From Carpediemonas membranifera BICM (lineage: Eukaryota > Protista > Fornicata), in NCBI GenBank assembly GCA_019828565.1, contig JAHDYR010000009.1:1-64000 (forward strand): a DNA stretch of 64,000 nucleotides, written 5' to 3'. Below the pieces are notes generated by a model. The model saw nothing but the letters and a program-made list of their open reading frames with translations, ran no database searches and had not been told where the DNA came from. The position numbers were made by a program, and so were the translations under genes. This document shows positions 55,296 to 64,000 of this stretch, one piece after another (the first letter of the stretch is position 1; every line of letters starts with the position of its first letter).

Positions 55296-56141
55296 ATGAT
55301 CATTCTCCCCGAAGAGCACGATGTTATCCGCCAAGTGTTGACAAAGGCATTTGGGGACGCTGAAGACCGTCCGCAGATTCTGGACAGTGATTTCAGCGAC
55401 TATGATGGCGTTCGGATTGCTATTCACTATGCTGCCAGCGAAGGCACCATCCTCCGCGTCAGCATTTCGTCTCCATGCTGGGAGGAGCTCCAGAGTTTCG
55501 ATGTCATGAGCTACCTCGACGAGAAGTATGGCCAGTGGAAGGTTGAGCCTGCTCCCAACATGAACTACACGCTCCAGTTCGACATTGCCACTCCTCCTGA
55601 CAACGTTGAGGACGTGATCAGCTCCGTGGCCCGCCTCAAGACGACCATGTACTCCGCGCCCTTCAAGAACACCATCAAAAAGGTCGTGGATGGCAAGGCT
55701 GACAATTCTATTGTCCAGCTGGCGTACCGGCCCAAGGAGATGATCTACCTGAAAGCCCAGAGCGACGGCATCCTCATCATCTTTTCCCTCCACTTCATGG
55801 ACGTCACAGAGGCCGCAATCGCCCGTGTGTTCTGCCAGGAGTTCCAGGATGCCAAGAACAACCATGCCCTGTCTTCGTGCCCGCCCTGCCGCTTTGACGA
55901 CAGCGTCCCCACTGATCTCGAGGGCGTCCCTGGCGTCACCGACAAGGACATGGTCGGCTTCGTCTCCTTCAAGCTCGACCCGCACCACTATGCCGGCAAC
56001 CACGAGGAAACGGTCTCTGCCCGCCTCCAGAACTTCCGGACGTACCTTGCCTACCACATCAAGGCGACCAAGGCCTTCCTCCACTTCAGGATGAGGAGAC
56101 GCGGGGCCTCGTGGCTCCAGGAGTGGGAGAGGAACGACTAA
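55296..56141 (+). CDS. ARPC2: Arp2/3 complex 34-kDa subunit
   Basis: MIIL.., SDYDGV, YRPKE, VFCQEF, FRTYLAYHIKATKAFLHFRMR. Confidence 0.9.
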   Translation: MIILPEEHDVIRQVLTKAFGDAEDRPQILDSDFSDYDGVRIAIHYAASEGTILRVSISSPCWEELQSFDVMSYLDEKYGQWKVEPAPNMNYTLQFDIATPPDNVEDVISSVARLKTTMYSAPFKNTIKKVVDGKADNSIVQLAYRPKEMIYLKAQSDGILIIFSLHFMDVTEAAIARVFCQEFQDAKNNHALSSCPPCRFDDSVPTDLEGVPGVTDKDMVGFVSFKLDPHHYAGNHEETVSARLQNFRTYLAYHIKATKAFLHFRMRRRGASWLQEWERND

Positions 56142-56493
56142 ATGTACAATCTCATCGTCTGACTCACCTTGCTCCAGGGTGACAGTTTATCTCTCTCGAA
56201 TCCTCCTGACCATGGGCCACAGGCCAGAACCGACAATTCGCGCATCCCAGGCCCCGAGACAAGCCAGCCTTCGCGCCCTCGTCAGATTGATCTTGACAGT
56301 CTCGGCTTTTGAGTCTAACAACCACAGCTGGCTGGGCCCAAAAGACTCATAGCTGCTCCGATGCCATGGCTTACTGGTATAATCAGCGAGGAACTGGCTT
56401 CTCCAGATTGCCAGATCCACTAGTACTAGATCGCGATTTGCCATATCAGTTTTTCTTGTCATGAAAAAATGTGTAAGACATCATTTGCTTGTA

Positions 56494-57858
56494 ATGGCTG
56501 TGATCAAGGCAATCCACGTTTGTTTAGTGTCATAGAAGCACCAGACGTTCAACATTGGTATCGTTTATCGGGCTTCGGAGACAATTTTCTTCTCTTTTAT
56601 GCAGGCTCGTCAGATTTTCGATTCCCGCGGTAACCCCACCGTCGAGGTTGACCTCAAGACTGAGGACGGTCTCTTCCGCGCTGCTGTTCCCTCCGGCGCT
56701 TCCACCGGCGTCCACGAGGCCTGCGAGCTCCGTGACGGTGGTGACCAGTACATGGGCAAGGCCGTCCTCAAGGCCGTTGCCAACGTGAACGAGAAGATCG
56801 CCCCCGCCATCATGGGCATGGACGTCACTGAGCAGAAGAAGCTCGACGACCTCATGATTGAGCTCGACGGCTCTGCCAACAAGACTGTCCTCGGTGCCAA
56901 CGCTATCCTCGGTGTCTCCATGGCTGTCGCCCGCGCCGGTGCCGCCGCCTCTGGCAAGCCCCTCTACCAGTACCTCGCTGACCTCGCTGGCAACACCGAG
57001 CTCCGCTACCCCGTCCCCTGCATGAACGTCATCAACGGTGGCTCCCACGCCGGCAACGCCCTTGCCCCCCAGGAGTACATGATCGCCCCCACTGGCGCCG
57101 ATAACTTCATGGAGGCCATGCGCATCGGCTCTGAGGTCTACCACAACCTCAAGTCCATCATCAAGAGCCGCTATGGCATTGATGCCGTCAACGTTGGTGA
57201 CGAGGGTGGGTTCGCTCCCCCCCTTACCGACCCCGAGGAGCCCCTCAAGCTTCTCGTTGAGGCCATCAAGAAGGCCGGCCACGAGGGCAAGGTCAAGATC
57301 TGCATGGATTGCGCCGCCTCTGAGTTCTTCAAGGACGGCTCCTACGACCTTAACTTCAAGGGCAAGGAGTCCAAGATCATCTCTGGCGACGATCTCGCCG
57401 CTATGTACGCCAGCTGGACCGAGAACTACCCCATTGCCTCCATCGAGGACCCTATGGACGAGGATGACTGGGCCGCCTGGACCAAGTTCCTCTCCCTCGT
57501 CGAGGGCAAGTGCCAGGTTGTCGGCGATGATCTCACCGTCACCAACCCCAAGCGCATCCAGGAGGCTGTCGAGAAGAAGTCTTGCAACTCCCTCCTCCTC
57601 AAGGTGAACCAGATCGGCTCCATCTCTGAGGCCATCGCCGCCTCCAACCTCGCCATGAAGAACGGCTGGTCCGTCATGGTTTCCCACCGTTCCGGCGAGA
57701 CCGAGGATACCTTCATCTCCCACCTCGTTGTCGGCCTCGGCTCTGGCCAGATCAAGACCGGCGCCCCTTGCCGCTCCGAGCGTGTAGCTAAGCTCAACGA
57801 GATCATTCGGATCGAAGAGGAGACCTCTTTCCCTTATGGTTTCGAGGCCTGGAAGTAA
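56494..57858 (+). CDS. ENO: Enolase; intron 56518-56604
   Basis: MAVIKAIH|[48 protein letters not shown]. Confidence 0.97.
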
Positions 57859-58311
57859 GCGATAAACTTCTTACCTGTGATTGATGATCGTTGTTTTGCG
57901 CGGATGACCCGATAATAGGGTTGTAGATCGAGTGAAATACAGTGGGATCCCCGGCCCTGGATGGTGCAGGGTCGTGCTTGGCTGGGTTGTCGGCGTCGGA
58001 TACGACTTCGATGGCCAGGCCCTTGTCGAGCAGAGTTGGGGTTACCCAGTTGCCATGATTGGTGCTTTGTGGCGCTTTATCAGATAGAGGACAGATGGCG
58101 TCCGACTATGTGTCCGGCAGGGCTTTCGATCTTTCATAAATGTGCAGTTTAGAACCCCCATCCATTTCGGGCGCACCGCTCAACCCCAGCAATCGGCACC
58201 GTCACCACCATCTCCGACCACTGCAACATGTATCATGAGCGGACTGTAGCTGAGATATGACCCGGGGTCGACTCGATCTCAAGTATTGCACCCTGTTTCG
58301 GATACGACAGC

Positions 58312-60585
58312 ATGGCTGCTCGCTACGGGATCATGCGCGTGCTATTGCTCGTATTGGCTTGTATAGTGCTCGCATCTGCATCCGCTATTCGCGAGGAGGA
58401 CGAGATTCTGTATATCAACCAAACTCTGCCGATTCTGGTGGGGCACGGTGCCAACAACGATCTCTGGAGTTCTGCAGCAGCCGCTGTGATCCATGAATCA
58501 TTTGAGTTCATGAATGGCATCGATCACGCCAAGCCCGGCTGTGTACCCGGCAACCAAATCGTCACATTTGACCACAAGACGATGCTCCTCACGCCCCAGC
58601 ACACGAGCAAGTGCACCAAGAAGTGCCACCACGAGTACATTCTCGCCCCACCGCATCCTCGGTACAAGCGCTCCGAGCTCGTCAAGTGGCGGCCCCTCGA
58701 CGGCCCCACGGTCATCAACACCGAGTACTCGCCCGAGAAGCTCGTCGGGTCCGTGCATGTCAAGGTCAGGTGTGTGTGCAACGGCCGGCCTATGCCTCTG
58801 ACTACTGAGAGAAACACGGTGCTCGCAGACTACCAGCTCAACGCCGTCAAGCCGCCCCCAGAGGACAGAGTTCCACTGTTGGGCGAACGAGCTCTTACTG
58901 ACCGCATGGGCGGCCTGAGGAACGTTGTGGTGCTCTTACACGACACGTTGACCCGCACCCGGGCCATCAACTACATGCCCCAGTACTTTAGCAAGATCCG
59001 CGAGATGAACTCCATGCCCGAGTCAGAGAGACGGTGGACGGCATTCACCATGGGCTCTTACCACTCCTCGGGGTATAACACACCAGGTAACGAGATGCCC
59101 ATGTTTGCCGGCATCGGCCGGAATTACTTTGAATGGAAATGTTGCGGCGGTTACTTCCCACATGATAATAACCCCAAGAAAAAGATTCAGTGGATCTGGA
59201 ACGATTTCAAACAATATGACATTGCCACAGGATGGGGGTGCCAGGCCTGCATCGACCTCATGTCGTACACGGACGGGCTCAGGACCGTTGAAGACCAGTT
59301 TGACTATATTTATTATGGGGCGTACTGCGAGGGGATGCCGGGCAACCACTTCTTCCGCCTCCAGAAGAACGAGCGCTTCTGCTTTGGCGATGAACCCTAT
59401 TCGTTCTCGTTTATCGAGTACATCGCCGACGCCCTCCGTGCCGAGGAGGGGCAGCGCCCCGTCTTCTTCTTTACCAACTTCCTGGAGGCCCACAACATGG
59501 TCCTCCCCTCCACCGCCCGGTTCTTGGAAGAGGGCACGCTTCTCGGGATGAAGCGGTTCCTCGAGGAACGAGACGACACCATGGTCATCGTCATGGGTGA
59601 CCATGGCATGCAGTACGGCTCGTGGTACGACACTGGCTATGGCGTCATCGACCATAGGCTGCCAGACATGCAGATATTCATCCCTCAGTGGTGGCTTGAG
59701 GGACACCCGGACGCCAAGGCCGCGTTGTACCAGAATCAGCACGAGATATTGACGACATACGACCTGCACGCCACGTTCCAGCACCTGGTCCACTACCCAA
59801 ACAAGACCCTCGCCGACGTTAAAAGCGCCAACATTCTCAAACACATGGACAGCAAGAAGGCCCGCAGTTTGCTCGAGCCGCTGTCAAACCCCAAGACAGG
59901 CGCCCCTCGGACGTGCGATGAGGCCGGCTTGAGCGAGGACTGGTGCCTCCTCCAGCCCGGTGTTGTCAGGGCGATGACGTCCAAGGACCTCGGGTGCAAG
60001 GTGGGCAAGCGCATGATGGACGCTGCGTTGGCGGCCATCAACGCCAAGGCGGACAGGGGGGCGACGTGCGAGAGGGCGTCACTGAAGACGGAGAAGATCA
60101 AGCGGGGCTCTGTCGCTAGTCTGCACGAGTACGAGTATTGGAGGTTCGACTTCGATGTTGAGCCTTATAATGCGACTTTTCACGCAGAGTTCCGTCTGAG
60201 AGTCCGAACCCAAGACCCGAACAAGCCGAAGATGACGGATGAAAAGTTCGAGATGACTCTGCTCAAGCAAGTGAGCTCGTATGCCAGGTTCGAGGTCTGT
60301 CGCAGCAAGGAGGTCGAGCATGGTTTCTGCCTCTGCAACTACGGCCCCGATGCGTCCAAGCCCGAAGAGATCGACGACTCAAACGACGTCGAGACGTTCA
60401 CTCCCGATGAGCCGAGAGAAGGCAAGCACAGCACGAGCTTCCTCGTCGGTGTGGCGGCCTTGGCGATGATCGGGCTGGGTGTGACAGCTGGCGTGGGTAG
60501 CTATATGCTGTGGAAGAAGTTTGCCGTGCTGAGGACGGGGCTGGGGGGCCACGCCACCAGTAACAGCGGGATCAGACTCAACTAG
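58312..60585 (+). CDS. DUF229-like alkaline-phosphatase-superfamily type I membrane protein
   Basis: Signal peptide, NVVVLLHDTLTR, VIVMGDHG, LTTYDLHATF, RTCDEAGL..WC, C-terminal TM helix. Confidence 0.8.
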   Translation: MAARYGIMRVLLLVLACIVLASASAIREEDEILYINQTLPILVGHGANNDLWSSAAAAVIHESFEFMNGIDHAKPGCVPGNQIVTFDHKTMLLTPQHTSKCTKKCHHEYILAPPHPRYKRSELVKWRPLDGPTVINTEYSPEKLVGSVHVKVRCVCNGRPMPLTTERNTVLADYQLNAVKPPPEDRVPLLGERALTDRMGGLRNVVVLLHDTLTRTRAINYMPQYFSKIREMNSMPESERRWTAFTMGSYHSSGYNTPGNEMPMFAGIGRNYFEWKCCGGYFPHDNNPKKKIQWIWNDFKQYDIATGWGCQACIDLMSYTDGLRTVEDQFDYIYYGAYCEGMPGNHFFRLQKNERFCFGDEPYSFSFIEYIADALRAEEGQRPVFFFTNFLEAHNMVLPSTARFLEEGTLLGMKRFLEERDDTMVIVMGDHGMQYGSWYDTGYGVIDHRLPDMQIFIPQWWLEGHPDAKAALYQNQHEILTTYDLHATFQHLVHYPNKTLADVKSANILKHMDSKKARSLLEPLSNPKTGAPRTCDEAGLSEDWCLLQPGVVRAMTSKDLGCKVGKRMMDAALAAINAKADRGATCERASLKTEKIKRGSVASLHEYEYWRFDFDVEPYNATFHAEFRLRVRTQDPNKPKMTDEKFEMTLLKQVSSYARFEVCRSKEVEHGFCLCNYGPDASKPEEIDDSNDVETFTPDEPREGKHSTSFLVGVAALAMIGLGVTAGVGSYMLWKKFAVLRTGLGGHATSNSGIRLN

Positions 60586-60837
60586 TCTGCTGTAAATAGG
60601 ATAAGCGTAGAACACGCTCGGCCGTCCAGCTGGATAGTATTTGGGGCGCATAAGCTTTATCTGACAAGCATTTTAGACACCCTTGCTTTCGTTTCTTGTC
60701 GTATCAGCTGCATTTCTTCTCATTCGTTGTCTCTGGTTGAAGAGTGGCGTATTTGGCCGGCTGCCTTGCCTTCTTGTTCGTCTCAGACGGGTTATGTAAA
60801 CCGTAAATCGGCGCAGTATATCGTAATCTGGAGACAG

Positions 60838-63800
60838 ATGAATACAAGCGGTATCGAGGACCTGCTGTCCCCGATTGCCAAGCTGACCAATGAAGAGGGC
60901 ACTTCTATAGAGTGTATAGTTCCTGGATTCGAACAGGAGCGGCTTACGAAGGCGCTGACTGAAATCGCAAGCGAATTCGTCGATCAGCCCGCTAGTTCAC
61001 TCCTTCAAACTGCAGATTCGTACCCTGTTTTCGAATCGTCCACTGCAGCGGATGAGCCTATTGCAATCTTCGATTCTCCCGTCGTCGAGCGTCAACCGAT
61101 GTTCGTCCCCTCTCAAATCGCCGAAGAAACCCTCCTCGCCGAGACTCACCTACTCCACCGAGCCAACAGCAACATGGACAACTCCGTCATGCGTTTCCTA
61201 GGCGTCGAGGAGTTTGCCCCGTCGGATTCTGATCTCGACGACGACCTCTCCTGTGTTGATCGCATATGGTACGGCCCCAACGAGAACGGCGTCCGCAAAG
61301 CACGCATACCGTATATTGAGTCCATACTAGCAGCAGACGATGCCGCCTACACCCTCCGCCCGGCCCACACAATCGCCACTGTCGTCAGGTTCAATCATCA
61401 CCTGCTCGACGAGACCAGGATCCTGGTCATCGCGTGCGGGCTGATAGAGACGGTCCGGTGGCTCCACCGCCGCGGTCTATACCATGGCGGCCTGACGCCC
61501 GACACGGTGGGCCTCGCCATGGGATTCGTGCCGAGAGTTCGCGGTATTTTCCCCACAAGAACCCCGCCCCTGCAGCCCCCAGACGTGGTCCACCGCTGGG
61601 AGTACACTCTGACACACCAGTGGGCGGTCGGCTCGATTTCTAACCTCGAGTATCTCCGCGGGCTCAATCACATGGCCGGCCGACGCGACCACAACCCCTT
61701 CTTCGCCTCCGTGTACCCCTGGGTCGTCGACTTCACCTCCCCCAACGGCGGCTGGCGTGACCTGCGCCAGAGCATGTTCCGGCTCCACCACGGCGATGCG
61801 ACGCTCGATGCGACGTTTACAGGCTCGATCCACCCTCACCACGTTTCCGGCCTCGGGTCCGAGGTGACGTACTTCTCCTACCTGGCCCGCCGCACGCCCC
61901 TCTCAGATCTCGTGGCCCACGTCCGCGCCCGGTTCAACCCCGCGGAGTACCCGTCCACTGTGGCGCGGATGTTCAAGTGGACGGCAGATGAGGCGATCAT
62001 CGACTTCTATAGCAACCCGGACATGTTTGCATCGCTGCATGACGAGTTGCCCGACCTCGGCCTGCCCCCCTTCGCCCCAACACCCGAGGAGTTCATCAGC
62101 TGGCACAGGAGTCGCCTCGAGCACCACAAGGTCTCTGCCCGTCTCCACCGGTGGATCGACATCACATTCGGTGTTGGTCTACTCGGTCAGGCGGCTGAGA
62201 AGAACAAGAACGTCCCAGCCCAGTGGGCCGCCCCGCTCGACTCGCCCGACTCGCACATGTCTGCCCCGGGGTACGTCGCCCTCTTCCACACCCCACACCC
62301 GCCCCACCTCAAGGAGGCACAGAGTAGGGCCGATCGGGCAATGGCCCACGCAGCACCCAGCGCCCCCTCATCCCGCCCCGAGAGCCCCATGTCCAGCCAC
62401 GAGTCCGACCTGGGGTTGCCCGGCGTCAGGGGGGTCGGCTACGACCGCGTGGACTTCGAGCCGATGACTCCGGACAACGGCGGCGAGTCAGACTCCGACT
62501 TTGACTCGGACTACTGCCCTGTACCCACCCCAGCCCCCACGTCTGTCTCGATCACCCAGGCCAAGTCGGGTAAGAACCTCGCACAGCGTCTGGGCACTAA
62601 CCTCGGACGGATTGCGGGGATCAACTCAATTTTTAAGGAGGGGTCTCGTCGGAACTCGGCCTCGGAGCTCGGCAGGAACCCCCTGAACGCGGCCATCAAG
62701 CAGAGTGCCAACGTGGAGGACCACATCCGATTCTGTATGACTAATCCGCTCGGCCTGGGGGATCGCGGTTTCAGCACCGAGGATAAGACCGTCGAGGAGC
62801 TCCAGGCCATCGACCGCAACTCCCTGTGTCACGTGCTGTCCGTGCTCGACGCCAAGGCCGCCCTCCCGACCTGGGGGTCTGCGGGCCCACTCAAACCTAT
62901 CATAGCAGCAATCAAATCCGCCGGACTCCAGGAGGCGCTGAGCCGCCTGCCCAGCCACATCCACCGACTGACGGAGCTTTACTCGACCATCTCTGCCCTC
63001 CGCACTACCCAGGCTCGACTCGAGGCCATCGCCTCTGGTGTGGGGGCTCTGCCCCGCTTTGGTAACTTCTTCCTGGCCGTCCTGCCGCTTTGGCGCATGG
63101 CAGTGGAGACGGCGACGATCCCTGACCTGGTGGAGCCGAGCCTCAGGGCCATTGTCGCCATCTGTCGCATGCTCGACATCACCCAGATGAGGGCCGCGTA
63201 CGCACACATCCAGCGGAAACTCCGCGCTGTCATCGTAGCTGCGGACCAGAGAAACACTCCCGCAGCCAAGGATCTGCTCGACAAGCTCATGGCGGTGTAC
63301 ACGCCGACGCTCACGGGGGGCGACATCAGGCATTTGGCAGAGGTCGCCACGAACATGTTCCTCGCAGACGCCATGCAGGACGGCCCCCCGCTCCCATTCG
63401 TGTCCTACGACGGCGTGCTGGACGCCCCGCCCTCGGCCGCGGTGCTCACGCTGCTCAGGCAACAGCACGACCTTGCCATCAGGTTCCAGGGCTTTGCCAT
63501 GGAGCTGATCGAGTCAACCCTCCGCGCCCTCCACACTGACACCCAGACCATCGGTCAGGTAGGCACCCTGGCGGCTGCAGTGACCGTGCTTGACTCAACT
63601 CTGGATGGGTTACAGACCGACGCCCTCGTGACGGGGGCAGTCAACCATCTTGGGCCAATCCTCACTGTCGCAGCACTCGAGGCGGCGGACAGCGATATCC
63701 TACGCCGCGCAGCAGTGGTCCTGTGCAGCGGACTCGCGTCGATTACTGCCAAGTGCCCCGCCGTAACCGGCTCCGTCCTCGCAGTCGCCCTGCTCGGCTG

Positions 63801-64000
63801 GACCTCGCCCAGGGAAACCCGACTGGACCGTCTGCAGTCACCCCTCATCGATCTGATGAAAACGGAGCCGAGACTGCTGCCCGGCATGTATCTTCTGATG
63901 GACCGGCTGATCTCTGACCGCCGTATCCAGGTCCAGACGGCGATCGTCCCCATCCTCCCTGACGACCTCCCAGCCCCTTGGGCCAGCCTCATCGCCAACC
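60838..64000 (+). CDS. BEACH-domain protein of the WDR81/LvsG type; runs off the window end and is absent from the ORF track
   Basis: ATG 60838 is in frame with WAVGSISNLEYL..LNHMAGRR..VYPWVVDF..WRDLRQSMFRL..PHHVS..YLARRTP..FNPAEYP..WTADEAI.DFY..LHRWIDITFG. Confidence 0.88.
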   Translation, partial: MNTSGIEDLLSPIAKLTNEEGTSIECIVPGFEQERLTKALTEIASEFVDQPASSLLQTADSYPVFESSTAADEPIAIFDSPVVERQPMFVPSQIAEETLLAETHLLHRANSNMDNSVMRFLGVEEFAPSDSDLDDDLSCVDRIWYGPNENGVRKARIPYIESILAADDAAYTLRPAHTIATVVRFNHHLLDETRILVIACGLIETVRWLHRRGLYHGGLTPDTVGLAMGFVPRVRGIFPTRTPPLQPPDVVHRWEYTLTHQWAVGSISNLEYLRGLNHMAGRRDHNPFFASVYPWVVDFTSPNGGWRDLRQSMFRLHHGDATLDATFTGSIHPHHVSGLGSEVTYFSYLARRTPLSDLVAHVRARFNPAEYPSTVARMFKWTADEAIIDFYSNPDMFASLHDELPDLGLPPFAPTPEEFISWHRSRLEHHKVSARLHRWIDITFGVGLLGQAAEKNKNVPAQWAAPLDSPDSHMSAPGYVALFHTPHPPHLKEAQSRADRAMAHAAPSAPSSRPESPMSSHESDLGLPGVRGVGYDRVDFEPMTPDNGGESDSDFDSDYCPVPTPAPTSVSITQAKSGKNLAQRLGTNLGRIAGINSIFKEGSRRNSASELGRNPLNAAIKQSANVEDHIRFCMTNPLGLGDRGFSTEDKTVEELQAIDRNSLCHVLSVLDAKAALPTWGSAGPLKPIIAAIKSAGLQEALSRLPSHIHRLTELYSTISALRTTQARLEAIASGVGALPRFGNFFLAVLPLWRMAVETATIPDLVEPSLRAIVAICRMLDITQMRAAYAHIQRKLRAVIVAADQRNTPAAKDLLDKLMAVYTPTLTGGDIRHLAEVATNMFLADAMQDGPPLPFVSYDGVLDAPPSAAVLTLLRQQHDLAIRFQGFAMELIESTLRALHTDTQTIGQVGTLAAAVTVLDSTLDGLQTDALVTGAVNHLGPILTVAALEAADSDILRRAAVVLCSGLASITAKCPAVTGSVLAVALLGWTSPRETRLDRLQSPLIDLMKTEPRLLPGMYLLMDRLISDRRIQVQTAIVPILPDDLPAPWASLIAN

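Noticed and set aside
56518-56604. snoRNA in the longer enolase intron
   Set aside because: No C/D boxes (RTGATGA, CTGA) or H/ACA layout visible.
1-64000. CRISPR arrays, rRNA genes or prokaryotic operons
   Set aside because: No regularly spaced repeats or rRNA signatures. Spliceosomal introns and eukaryote-specific genes show that this is nuclear eukaryotic DNA.

Overview
Eukaryotic, gene-dense, GC-rich DNA. The 28-87 nt GT-AG introns, a GTAAA-core 3'-end motif, a divergent Tim17 and bacterial-type metabolic genes suggest an anaerobic protist, plausibly a free-living metamonad/fornicate such as Carpediemonas (inference). Positions 1-~23.8 kb are a nest of about eight Ty3/Gypsy LTR-retrotransposon copies or fragments, five of which show an integrase chromodomain. 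Three are complete (B 3621-8206, C 8588-14697, E 19150-23670), with very short LTRs (61, 121 and 71/73 bp) and 4-bp target-site duplications. Main finding: none of the four 5' LTRs present is followed by a tRNA primer-binding site. Each is followed by a different perfect 10-14 bp palindrome centred 4-5 nt past the LTR end and then the gag ATG, which suggests tRNA-independent, palindrome-mediated self- or dimer-priming of reverse transcription. Element C also carries an intact antisense accessory gene ending in a chromo/chromo-shadow-like domain. Positions 24.1-64 kb hold 25 host genes, 24 of them on the + strand: FCP1, UMP1, p24, SCAR/WAVE, GH13 amylase, a double-MACPF protein, NEK, acyltransferase, divergent mitochondrial carrier, Tim17, RPL35, a DEAD-less helicase, dephospho-CoA kinase, Nudix, TauE, PP2A, CysM, ARPC2, enolase, DUF229, a WDR81-type BEACH protein and four hypothetical proteins.
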